This document shows, in pieces, positions 1 through 11,269 of a stretch of 64,000 nt of DNA (the first letter of the stretch is position 1; each line of letters opens with the position of its first letter). The notes under the pieces were generated by a model that was not told where the DNA came from, made no database searches, and saw nothing but the letters and a program-made list of their open reading frames with translations. The translations under genes and the position numbers were made by a program. This stretch comes from Mobula hypostoma (Eukaryota). Location: the NCBI RefSeq assembly GCF_963921235.1, contig NC_086097.1, positions 31,932,001 through 31,996,000 of the forward strand, written 5' to 3'.

Positions 1-1190
1 CACTGTGCAGCTGTACAGAGTCACTGTCTATTCAGGGTGAGGGTCACTGTGCAGCTGTACAGAGTCACTGTCTATTCAGGGTGAGGGTCACTGTGCAACT
101 GTACAGAGTCACTGTCTATTCAGGGTGAGGGTCACTGAGCAGCTGTACAGAGTCACTGTCTATTCAGGGTGAGGGTCAGTCACTGTGTAACTGTACAGAG
201 TCACTGTCTATTCAGGGTGAGGGTCACTGAGCAGCTGTACAGAGTCACTGTCTATTCAGGGTGAGGGTCACTGAGCAGCTGTACAGAGTCACTGTTTATT
301 CAGGGTGAGGGTCACTGTGTAACTGTACAGAGTCGCTGTCTATTCAGGGTGAGGGTCACTGAGCAACTGTACAGAGTCACTGTCTATTCAGGGTGAGGGT
401 CACTGTGTAACTGTACAGAGTCACTGTCTATTCAGGGTGAGGGTCACTGAGCAGCTGTACAGAGTCACTGTCTATTCAGGGTGAGGGTCACTGAGCAGCT
501 GTACAGAGTCACTGTCTATTCAGGGTGAGGGTCACTGAGCAACTGTACAGAGTCACTGTCTATTCAGGGTGAGGGTCACTGTGTAACTGTACAGAGTCAC
601 TGTCTATTCAGGGTGAGGGTCACTGTGTAACTGTACAGAGTCACTGTCTATTCAGGGTGAGGGTCACTGTGCAACTGTACAGAGTCACTGTCTATTCAGG
701 GTGAGGGTCACTGTGCAACTGTACAGAGTCGCTGTCTATTCAGGGTGAGGGTCACTGTGTAACTGTACTGAGTCACTGTTTATTCAGGGTGAGGGTCAGC
801 CACTGTGTAACTGTACAGAGTCTGTTTATTCAGGGTGAGGGTCACTGTGCAACTGTACAGAGTCACTGTTTATTCAGGGTGAGGGTCACTGTGTAACTGT
901 ACAGAGTCACTGTCTATTCAGGGTGAGGGTCACTGTGTAACTGTACAGAGTCACTGTATATTCAGGGTGAGGGTCACTGTGCAACTGTACAGAGTCACTG
1001 TTTATTCAGGGTGAGGGTCACTGTGCAGCTGTACAGAGTCACTGTCTATTCAGGGTGAGGGTCACTGTGTAACTGTACAGAGTCACTGTTTATTCAGGGT
1101 GAGGGTCACTGAGTAACTGTACAGAGTCACTGTTTATTCAGGGGGAGGGTCACTCACTGTGTAACTGTACAGAATCAGTGTTTATTCAGA
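1..1190. repeat. 44-bp tandem minisatellite (CACTGTGTAACTGTACAGAGTCACTGTCTATTCAGGGTGAGGGT), truncated by the window start
   Basis: Unit restarts at 1, 45, 89...; made of a 21-bp and a 23-bp CACTGT-initiated subunit; about 27 copies. Confidence 0.97.
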
Positions 1191-1449
1191 ATAGCCCGTA
1201 AGTGTTGTCGTGTTTGCTGTGCTAACCTAGCCTGCCCACATTCTCTGATTTCGGAATACTGGGTGAAACTGGAGCGGTTGGAGCGGAATAAGGAAACCCA
1301 TGCTGGGTCACTGGTGCGGTGTAGCATTATACTAACTGCTATACTACCGTGCCACCCTATCCCCTTGTGTCAGCATTTTCGGCGGGGGTGGGGGGCACTG
1401 TAACCTTGCAAATCAGGGTCTCTCTGCACATCCTTTTGTAGGTCTCTGC

Positions 1450-1810
1450 AACTTACTCAATGTTTCCTGAATTAGACTCCTGGAGTACATTACCTCAAAT
1501 CTGTCTGGATTAAATCCCACCTGCCACTGCTCCGTCCAACTTTCCAGATGTTCTGTGTCCTGCTGTGTCTTTAGACAAATTTTTTTGTTATCTACAGCTC
1601 TGCAAACTTTTATGTTGTCAGCAAACTTACTAATCAGATGCCTTATATGCTCATTTATATATGTATTACAAACAGGAAAGGTCTCAGTGCCAACCCTTGC
1701 AAACAACACTTTTATAGAGAGAAGTCGTTCCATCACTATCTTCTGGATTTATCACTTCAGCAAATTAGGGTGAAATGAATGTGCCCTGGTTCCTTTGTGT
1801 CTTAACCTTT
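1450..1810 (-). mobile_element. CR1-type LINE RT fragment (decayed)
   Basis: ORF 1413-1736(-) contains ISKFADNIKV...LESWTEQWQVGFNPDRFEVM, matching the CR1 RT FADD region. Confidence 0.8.
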
Positions 1811-1875
1811 TGGCTCAACCTCCTGTGTGGAATGTGGGCATAGGACAGTACAGTCCTTCAGCTGTCATTTCTGCA

Positions 1876-2150
1876 TGGCATCATAGCATTGTGGTTAACG
1901 TAATGTTTTACAGGGCCAGCAATTGGAAATTCAGGGTTCAATTCCTGCTCCAGTCTATAAGGATTTGTACATTCTCCCCAGGCCCACTTAGGTCTCCTCC
2001 GTGTGCTCCAGTTTCCACCCACATTCCAGAGATGTAAGGGTTAGAGTTAGTGAGTGTGAGCATGAAATGTGTCCTCAGCATATCCTCGGACTGTGCTGAT
2101 CACCGATGTAAACGATGCATTTCACTATGACAAATGAATCTAATCTTTCA
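1876..2150 (+). mobile_element. tRNA-derived SINE (V-SINE-like)
   Basis: A/B-box-like head (TAGCATTGTGG...GGTTCAATTCC), core GTGCTCCAGTTTCCACCCACATTCC, tail GATGCATTTCACT...GACAAAT; homologous to copies at ~7550, ~13310(-) and 14248. Confidence 0.7.
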
Positions 2151-2169
2151 TCTTGTAACTATCTAAACT

Positions 2170-2460
2170 AATTCTGTCTGCCTTTCATATATCTTTATAA
2201 AAGCCTCTAAAACACGACAATCATCGCATTCCAGGCACCCAACATTCTTTATGGGGAAAATAAAACTTACCCAAACACATCTCCTTTAAACTTTCACCCT
2301 CTTACCTTAAACCTAAGCTATCTGCCCAGTCCATGCCTTTCATAATGTTATAAATCTCTTTCAAGTCTCCCCTCAGCCTTTGCCACTCCGGAGAAAACGA
2401 CCCAACTTTTTCCAACCTTTCCTCATAGCTAATATACTCCAATCCAGGCAGTGTCCTGAC
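2170..2460 (-). mobile_element. CR1 LINE 3' fragment
   Basis: LPGLEYISYEERLEKVGSFSPEWQRLRGDLKEIYNIMKG in ORF 2302-2550(-). Confidence 0.8.
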
Positions 2461-2464
2461 AAAA

Positions 2465-3000
2465 GCCATATGAAAAGACAGGAGTCTACAGAAAGTGGTG
2501 GATACAGGCCCGTCCATCACAGGCAAAGCCCTTCCCACTATTGAGCACATTTACATGGAGCACTGCCACAAGAAAGCATCAAAGTCTCCAGTATCCAAGC
2601 CATGCCCTCTTCTTGCTACTACCATCAGACAAGAGGTACAGGAACCTTGTGTCCCACAGCATAAGGTTCAGGAATAGTTATTACTCTTCACCCATCAGGC
2701 TCCTGAATGAGAGAGGATGACTTCATGTGCCTCAACACTGAACTGATTCCACAACTAATGGACTCACTTTCAAGGACTCTATAACTCAGTTTCTCAATAT
2801 TCTTTATACTTATTTATTGTTATTATTTTTTATATTTGCACAGTTTGTCATCCTTTGCGTTGTTTATCCATTTTTGTTTGTGTTCATTGATTCTATTGTG
2901 TTTCTTTGTGTGTGCAGTGAACGCCCACAAGAAAATAAATCTTGGGGTTTTATATGGTGACATATATGTACTTTGATAATAAATTTACTTTGAACTTTGA
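2465..3000 (+). mobile_element. Rex1/Babar-like LINE 3' fragment with tail
   Basis: VDTGPSITGKALPTIEHIYMEHCHKKA C-terminal motif; ends AATAAATTTACTTTGAACTTTGA. Confidence 0.6.
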
Positions 3001-3529
3001 ACCAGTGTGGATAACTTCACTCACCTCAACTCTGAACTGATTTTATGACCTACAGACTCACTTTCAAGACCTTTTGTTCTTAGTTTTTTTTATGTGCAGT
3101 GTGTCTTTTGCACATTGTTGTTTATAGATTTTTCATAAATTATATTGTATTTCTTTTTCCCTGTAAATGTCTGCAAGAAATAAAAACTCAAGGTTATATA
3201 TGGTGGCATTAAATAAATTTGCAATGAACTTTGTTTATTGCCTTAAAAGAATCTTGGTCAGGTTTGTGAGAGATGTGATCTCGGCTCTAAAACTGCATCT
3301 GCTTTCCATGTGAACGTAAATTCTGTCCCTCAGCAGTGATTAGAACGTGGAGCGTTCTAGCACAGTACAGATCCTTCGGTCCACGATGTTGTGCCAACAT
3401 TTTAACCTACTCTAAGATCACAGAGTCGTAGAAAACTACTGTGCAGAAACAGGCCCTTCAGCCTATCTAATGTGTGCCGAACAATTTACACTGCCTAGTC
3501 CTATCGACATGCACCCGGACCACAGCCCT

Positions 3530-3628
3530 CCGTACCCTTCCCATCCATGTACCTATCCAAATCCGTACCCTTCCCATCTATGTACCTATCCAAATCCGTA
3601 CCCTTCCCATCCATGTACCTATCCAAAT
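3530..3628. repeat. 33-bp unit x3 inside a minus-strand CR1 tail
   Basis: CCGTACCCTTCCCATCCATGTACCTATCCAAAT at 3530, 3563, 3596. Confidence 0.9.
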
Positions 3629-3719
3629 TCTCTTAAATATTGAAATCAAAATCACACCCACCACTTGGACTGGCAGCTCATTCCACACTCTCACCACTCT
3701 CCGAGTGAAGAAGTTTTCC

Positions 3720-3950
3720 CTTCCTGAAGTCCACAATCAATTCCTTGGTCTTGCTACCATTGAGTGCAAGGTTGTTGTTTCGGCACCACTCAACCAGCTG
3801 ACCTATCTCACTCCTGTCCGCCTTCTCACCACTCTCTGGAACTCTGTCAGCAATAGTTGTGTCATCGGCAAATTTATAGATGGCGTTTGAGCTGTACCTA
3901 CCACACAGTCGTGGTTGTAGAGAAAGTAGAGCAGTGGGCTATGCATGCAT
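3720..3950 (-). mobile_element. Rex1/Babar-like LINE RT fragment
   Basis: Reverse complement reads ...SSNAIYKFADDTTIA... and ...QLVEWCRNNNLALNGSKTKELIVDFRK. Confidence 0.75.
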
Positions 3951-5509
3951 CCTTAAAGTGCATCAGTTCTCTGGACCTTCTCCAATACCAGCACATCTTA
4001 TCTTAGACAGGGGAGGCCAAAACTGCTCACTGTACTCTGTGTGGTCTGATCAATGCTTTATAAAACCCCAACATTACATCCCTGCTTTTATTTTCTCAAT
4101 ACGAATGCTAATGCTGCGTTTGCCTTCCGATGATAATCTACATTGTTCTGTTGATTTGCAAACATGGCTGTATTTATTGTTGTGTTTATTGTTGCCACGT
4201 ATGCTCTGAGTTTCATGTGAGCAGAGAATTTCATTGCACCCTGGTGTATGTGATCATATACTCAGCTCAATCTCTTTCTAATTCCACACTGATCTACACT
4301 GGCTAAAATGACAGCATAAGGGGAATAAGCTGATTTTGGCCATTCCCACTATAATATTGGAGGTGATAATTTATGCAATAAGTTTTTCTTTAATGGATTC
4401 ACCGGTAGGAAGATGCTTTGTGGTCTTGAAGTGTGCATAGATCGGTATAAACAACGATTCCATAAGGTTTCTGCAACCTCAGGGCACCCTGGTGTCACTG
4501 AAATATTCACTCCCATATAAAATGGTAAATTGGTTTTATTATTGTCACATGTATTGAGATACAGTGAAAACCCAGTCTCGTATTCTGTTCAGACAGACCT
4601 CTCATTACAACAGTGCATTGAGGTAGTACAAAGTAAAGCAATGACAGAATGCAGAATAAAGTGTAACAGTTACAGAGAAAATGCAGTGCAGGCAGGCAAT
4701 AAGGTGCAAGACCATAATGAGTTAGATCGTGAGGTCAGAAGTCCAGCTTATGGTATAAGTGGACCATTCAACAGTCTTATGACAGTGGTATAGGTCTCTT
4801 TAAGCCTGGTGATATGTGTGTTCATGCTTTTGTATCTTCTGCCTGATGGGAGGGGGAAGAAGAGAGAGTGTCTGGGATAGCTTGGGTTTGTGATTATACT
4901 GGCTGCTCCCCCAAGACAACGAGAAGTGTGGAGATGGAGTGGGCTTCTTGTCCGCAGAGGAGTGAGTGGGATAAATATCAGTGTGGATTGTGTAAAGATT
5001 TTCAGTAGTCGATTGCTCGGAAAGGATAGAGGGAGTCTGCTTGTCTCCCGTGGTGTGAGCAGTGCGGTGGGCTGGTGTCTGGGCATTGGACGTTGGATCT
5101 GGAGATGGGAGAATGACTCCCACTACTACGGTTGGGGTAATCAAATCTGGACCCAGCAAAGTGGCAATTCTGAAACTTCTTCCTGTTGGTACTTAGACAC
5201 CAAGGAGTCATTCCACCCACTAGGTCTCAACAGATTAAAGATTAGCTTTATTGTCACATGTTCTTTGAAACATAAAAACAGACAGTGAAATATGGCGTTT
5301 ATGTCAACGACTAACAAGGGTTTGCTGGGGGCTGCCCCCAAGTGTCTCCAAGTTTCCGGCATGAACAACTTTCTAACGCTGACCTGTGTGTCTTTGGAAT
5401 GTGGGAGGAAACCCAACTGGTAATCGAGAGAACATAAATATTCTGCATTCTTTTTACTATCTTAGTGTACCCCTTATAATTTTGTATACCTCTATCAAAC
5501 CTCTCTTTA

Positions 5510-6085
5510 TGAATTCAATTGAACTGACTTTATTTCTTACATCCTTCACATACATGAGGAGTAAAAATCTTTATATTATGTCTCTGTCTAAATGTGCAAT
5601 GTGCAATCATAGTAATTTATAATAATTTATAGTAAATAGAACAGTCATTGTAATATAGAGTACACTCAAATCAGCGTGTTAATCAGTCTGATGGCCTGGT
5701 GGAAGAAGCTGCCCCAGAGCCTGTTGGTCCTGGCTCTGCTTTTATACTGCGGTACCATTTCCCGGATGGTAGCGGCTGGAACAGTTTGTTGTTGGGGTGA
5801 CTTGGGTCTCCAATGATCCTTTGGGCCCTTTTTTACACACCTGTCCTTGTAAGTGTCCTGAATCATGGGAAGTTCACAGCCACAGATGCACTGGGTTGTC
5901 CGCACCACTCTCTGTAAAGTCCTGCAATTAAGGGAGGTACAGTTCCCATATCAGGCAGTGATGCAGCCAGTCAGGATGCTCTCAAATATGCCCCTGTAGG
6001 AAGTTCTTAGGATTTGGGGGCCCATACCAGACTTCCTCAACCGTCTGAGGTGAAAGAGGTGCTGTTGTGCCTTTTTCACTACACA
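5510..6085 (-). mobile_element. Rex1/Babar-like LINE 3' fragment
   Basis: VKKAQQHLFHLRRLRKSGMGPQILRTSYRGIFESILTGCITAW and downstream SFFHQAIRLIN motifs. Confidence 0.75.
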
Positions 6086-6316
6086 GATCCTCCTGCACCC
6101 CAGGGAATGAAGTCCTAATCTGTGCAACCTTTCCCTGTATCTCAGGTCCTCAAGTACCGGCAACATCATTGTAAATCTTCTCTACACTATTTCAATCTTA
6201 TTGACATTTTCCCTTTAAGTAGGTAACCAAAACTGCTCACAATACTCCAGATTTGGTCTCACCAACATCTTGTACAACATCAACATAGCATCTTTAAACT
6301 TATTGTCTTGTTCCAG

Positions 6317-6433
6317 GACACAACGCCTACATCTGCCCGGCTACCAACCAGTGCACGATAGACAAGAACCGACGGAAAAGCTGCCAGGCCTGCAGACTCC
6401 GCAAGTGTTATGAAGTCGGGATGATGAAATCAG
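6317..6433 (+). CDS. ESR2: Estrogen receptor beta-like, exon for DBD zinc finger 2
   Basis: ttccag|GA...TCAG|gtgagt; 117 bp; encodes (G)[38 protein letters not shown] with the ER D-box PATNQ. Confidence 0.97.
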
Positions 6434-6475
6434 GTGAGTGGTCGTACTGAGGGTGACAGGGCGCTGTAATACCGA

Positions 6476-7075
6476 CTTGTAAAGATGTAACGTTGAGTTT
6501 TTATAATGCTTTGGTCAGAATGCTGTTGGAGTATTGTGAGCTGTCTCGGGCCCCTTAACTAAAAGAGGATGTGCTGGCATTGGAGAGGAGCAAAAGGAGG
6601 TTCACGAAAATGATTTCTGGATTAAAAGGTTTAACATATGAGGAATGTTTGATGACTCCAGCCTGCAATCATTTAGTTTAAGAGAATGGGGGGGGGGTCA
6701 TCATTGAAACCTATTGGATATTGAAAGGCTTAGATAGAGTGGAGGTGGAGAGGATGTTTCCTTTAGTGGAGGAGTCTAGGACTAGAGGGCACAGCTTCAG
6801 AATAGAAGGATGTCCCTTTAGAACAGAGACGAGGAGGGATTGCTTCAGGCAGAGAGTGGTGAATTTGTGGAAGTCATTATCTCAGATGGCTGTGGAGACC
6901 AAGTCACTGGGTATATTTAAAGCGGAGATAAATGGGTTCTTGATTAGTAAGGCTGCAGAAGGTTACAGGGGGAAGGCAGGAGGATGGTGGTGAGAGGGAC
7001 AATTAGTCAGCCATGATGAGATGGTGAAGCCGATTTGATGGGCCAGATAATCTAATTCTGCTCCTATCTCTGGTG
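6476..7075 (+). mobile_element. CR1 LINE 3' fragment
   Basis: KGLDRVEVERMFPLVEESRTRGHSFRIEG...QRVVNLW; similar to the 3' end of the CR1 at 50340-52659. Confidence 0.85.
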
Positions 7076-7894
7076 GTATGATGGAATGCTGCAGAATGGC
7101 AACTTAGTGGGTATGAGGGGTCGGCCTTGGGTGGAGATGAGGCAAGGATAACCAAATCAAGGTTTATGTAATGCTGCATAGAGCTGGAGACTGGGAGATG
7201 CAGGGTACATCCAGCAGGGGACAGGGGCTTCCAGCCGAGGGCATCACAATCAGTAGTCCATCGTCTTTATCACCACTGTCTGACAGATGCCGTGTGAAAC
7301 GTGTCACGTGACAACAGTGTACAGAGCAAGGCTTAATTGCTGTAGGTTTCAAAAATAATTAATTAATTGGATGCAATAGTGTCTTTTAAGAGTCTCGTAG
7401 ATAGCTACATGGAGCTGAGAAAATTAGAGGGCTCTGCGCTAGGGAAATTCTAGGCAGTTTCTAGAGTAGGTTGCATGGCCTGCAATGTGCTGTAGATTTC
7501 TATGTTCTATGTCGAAAAGGGGAATAAGGAAGTAGTGTTCAGAATTTCAAAGACGCAGGGTTAGGGTGATAAGTTGTGGGTGTGCTATGTCGATGCCGGT
7601 AACTTGTGGCTGCCCCCAGTACTGTGTCAGTCGTTGAGGCAACATGTCATATTTCACCCCATGTTTCAATGTACATGTGACAAATAAAGCAAACTTTTAT
7701 TAAAGATGGGAGCAGGGAGAATGTGGGCCTTCCTCCCAAAAGATGTGGTCAAAGGATGATGGCAGAGGTGTTTTCAAAAGGAAATCGGATGAATGGAGGA
7801 GAGAAGAAGTGACAAAAAGATTGGATAAATGATGGACGTGGGTCTGCGGAGTGTTGGGAGATCCCATGAAGGGTGTAGCTACATTGATCATTGT

Positions 7895-8885
7895 GTATTT
7901 GTACAGAGTCACTGTTTAATCAGGACGAGAGTCACTGTGTAACTGTGCAGAGCCACTGTGTGATTGTACAGAGTCGCTCTTTATTTAGGCAAGAGTTGCT
8001 ATGTGACTGTACAGAGTTGCTGTTTATTTCAGGTGAGGGTCACTGATTATGCAACTGCATAGGGTGAAACTCCCACTGCAGGAGATACCCCAGCTTTAGC
8101 AGGAGTTTTTGCGAGTCTGGGGATTAGTCACATCCAGACAGAGTGCTCCTGTGCCAGTGGGGAGTGGTGCTGTGCAGGTGAAGCAGACTGGTCCCCATCT
8201 CATCTCAGTGGGTGTCAGGGAGCCTTGGGAGTGTGGAGAGACCCAGGCTGTGCTAACGCCCAACTCAGCTCATGGGACCCAAGGCCCGAAAGTTCTCTCG
8301 GGGGAGGGTCCCACATAGCATAGGCCATCTTGTGGAGATGCCCGCCATACTGTTTTGTGACATGCAAGGCAGTTCTTGTACAGGCTACTCTTGAACACCT
8401 TTCGTTTCCTTGCCATAGAGGTCTGTTTTACCATCTGGCAATCAGGGATGTCCCTAGTGGAAGTCTCTCTTTGTAAGGGTCCTTCCCCTATACATTGGGG
8501 ACCTGAGATGGAAGGTGTTGCATAGGGTAGTGCCCTGTCAGGGTGCGGGTCACTGTGTAACTGTAGAGAGTCACTGTGTAACTGCACAGAGTCACTGTTT
8601 GTTCAGGGTGAGGGTCACTGTGTAACTGTACAGAGTCACTGTGTAACTGTACAGAGTCACTGTTTGTTCAGGGTGAGGGTCACTGTGTAACTGTACAGAG
8701 TCACTGTTTGTTCAGGGTGAGGGTCACTGTGTAACTGTACAGAGTCACTGTTTGTTCAGGGTGAGGGTCACTGTGTAACTGTACAGAGTCACTGTGTAAC
8801 TGCACAGAGTCACTGTTTGTTCAGGGCGAGGGTCACTCACTGTGTAACTGTACAGAGTCACAGTTTATTCAGGGTGAGGGTCACT
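7895..8885. repeat. Second, partly degenerate array of the 44-bp family, interrupted by a 453-bp insert
   Basis: GTCACTGTGTAACTGTACAGAGTCACTGTTTGTTCAGGGTGAGG units at ~8540-8885; degenerate copies at ~7895-8060. Confidence 0.9.
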
Positions 8886-10319
8886 CCATATGCACTATAG
8901 AGGGTCATTCTGTACTTAGGTTAAGGATCACACACCTGGGGTTCAGCATTTACCAGAGTGGATGAGATGACTGTGTGATTATCCCCCCTCCTCCCTCGCT
9001 CCCTCTCCCCTTGATTGTGCCTCTCTCTATCTCTCCAACTCTATATCACACTTTTGCTGCCCAACTGTCCGATTGCCTGTCTGTCCATTCCTCCCCAGAA
9101 CCATTCCACTTTATGCAACCCTCTCCGTTCGTCCCTCATGAAGACTGTGACTTCCCTCCAGGCCAGCTGCACATTCCCTGGAGCCGCTCCCGCAGGCTGG
9201 CTTACCGAGTCAGCAGTGGTACTGTAATATAGGATATTGTTGTTGTCGTCGTCCATTAACTCCCTCCCCGCACCTTGCGGGCTGTGCCCAAACTCCCCTC
9301 TCCCCCCATAGCTCGGCTGACTCCAAGAGACCCTTCTCCTGCAGTCAGAGCTCTCTGTGTCTGCGCCGGGGTGAGTTGCTTTAACAGATGTTTCACTCCA
9401 TTTGCAAACATCTGGTGGGCCGCTCGAGGCAGGCGGAGAGGAGAAGATGGATTGTGTCTCAGTTGGTGGCCAGAGACAGTCAGACAAGAACAGAGCCTCT
9501 GCTTGCAGTCTGAGATGCATGTTAACTGGCCTTTTCCAAGAAGACAGTAATCCTTCACATTGACAGTACTGTCTCACCCAGTCAGTTCCAAGCTAATGTT
9601 TCCTCTGGCTGGCAAGGCTGGAACACTGGGTCTCCGTCTCTGAGTAACCGATGGAGACAGGAAGAAATATCTTCTCCTGCATGGTGTGTGAATCTTTGGA
9701 TCTTTTCCCCAGGAATGATGCAACAGGATGGACCAAATTCTGTCTCTGGGAATGATATGGGGGAGGATAATACAGTGCTGGAGTCTCACAGCACAGGAAG
9801 AGGCTTTTCAGCCCAATGTGCCCATCTGGGCTAGTACCATTTACTACAGAGAACAGTACAGCACAAGAACAGATCCTGTGGCCCACAATGTTGTGCCTAC
9901 CTCATTACAACGTTTACTAGTTCCGATTAAACTCTCTCCATATCCCTCTACTTTCTGCACATCTTTGTGCCCAAGAACTATTTAAATCCCTCCGTCGTCT
10001 CTGCCTCCACACCACCACTGGAGGCATATTCCAGGCATCCACCAATCTCTGTGTGAAAACACCTAGAACAATGCAGGCCCTTTGGCCTACGACCTTTTAA
10101 CCTGCTCCAAGATCAAATCTAACCTTTCCACATGGGCCTCCATTTTCTGTCATCCATGTGCGTATCTAATTTTCTTAAACGTGTTTGTCAGTCTTTGTGT
10201 GTAGATTTTCATTGATTCTATTGCTTTTCTTAGTTTCCTGTAAATATCTGTAAGATGAATCTCAAAGTAATATATGCTGATTATATACGTACTTTGATAA
10301 TAAATTTTACTTTGACTTA

Positions 10320-10720
10320 AATGTCCCTAATGTATCTGCCTTGACCACCACCCCCAGCAGCATGTTCCATACACCCACCACCCTCTTTGTTTAAAAGAAC
10401 CTGCCTCTGGCATCCCCACCCATACTTTCCCCCAATCATCTTATGATTATACCCTCTCTTATCAGCCATTTCCCCTCTGGGCAGAAATTCTCAGGCTGTC
10501 CACACAGTCTATGCCTCTTATCATCTTGTACACTCCTATCAAGTCACCTCTAATCCTCCTTCACTCCAAAGAGACATGGTCTCTATTCCAGACTGCATCC
10601 TGGTAAAACGCCTCACTAACGTTTCTACGTCCTTCCTATAATGAGGTGACCAGGACTGAACACGATATTCCAAGTGTGGTCTAACCAGGGTTTTACGGAG
10701 CTGAAACATTATCTTGCACA
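10320..10720 (-). mobile_element. CR1 LINE 3' fragment
   Basis: KTLVRPHLEYRVQSWSPHYRKDVETL in ORF 10539-10799(-). Confidence 0.85.
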
Positions 10721-11269
10721 TCTCCCTTGAACTTAACCCCCTCATTTTAAGTGCATTTTCCCCGGTTTGACTCACTATTTCTATATGTGTACCTATCAAA
10801 ATTTTTCTTAATGGTCTTGATGTGAAAATTTAGCCACAGTTTCACCAAATGCTGGAACAGGGTCTTCAGGCCTTTCTTCTGTTTGTTCACAGATCAGTCC
10901 ACCACAGCCCCAGATTTGCTCAGTAGCTTGGTGGGGATATCTAAATGTTCCACCCTCTCTGCCCCAGAGGTCTGACCTCTGAGCCGAGTCTCTGCCCTGA
11001 GTCTCTGCCCTCCACCACCCAGGTTCCAGCATCTCCTAACTGAGCAAGCATCTCTGCTTCTCATCCTTCTCTCTCTCCTGCTGGTCCTCCAGTCTCTCAA
11101 CACCCCCTTCTCCTCCCACCCCATCACCCACACACTTCTTCTGCTGGCTCCCTTCCCTTCCCCTCACCACTGTTCCTATCTGCCCTCCCACCTTCCCGAT
11201 GTGGCTTCATCCTCCACCTTCCTGTCCTATCAGGTACCACCATCAGTAGCCCTCTGTCACCTCCACCTC

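Noticed and set aside
41..60. Canonical estrogen response elements in the 44-bp array
   Set aside because: Only one good half-site; the second arm (TGTAA/TGCAG/AGCAG) deviates too far from TGACC.
1..1190. CRISPR-like regular repeats (also 11270-13225 and 29585-30562)
   Set aside because: Head-to-tail units without unique spacers, no cas genes, vertebrate intron context.
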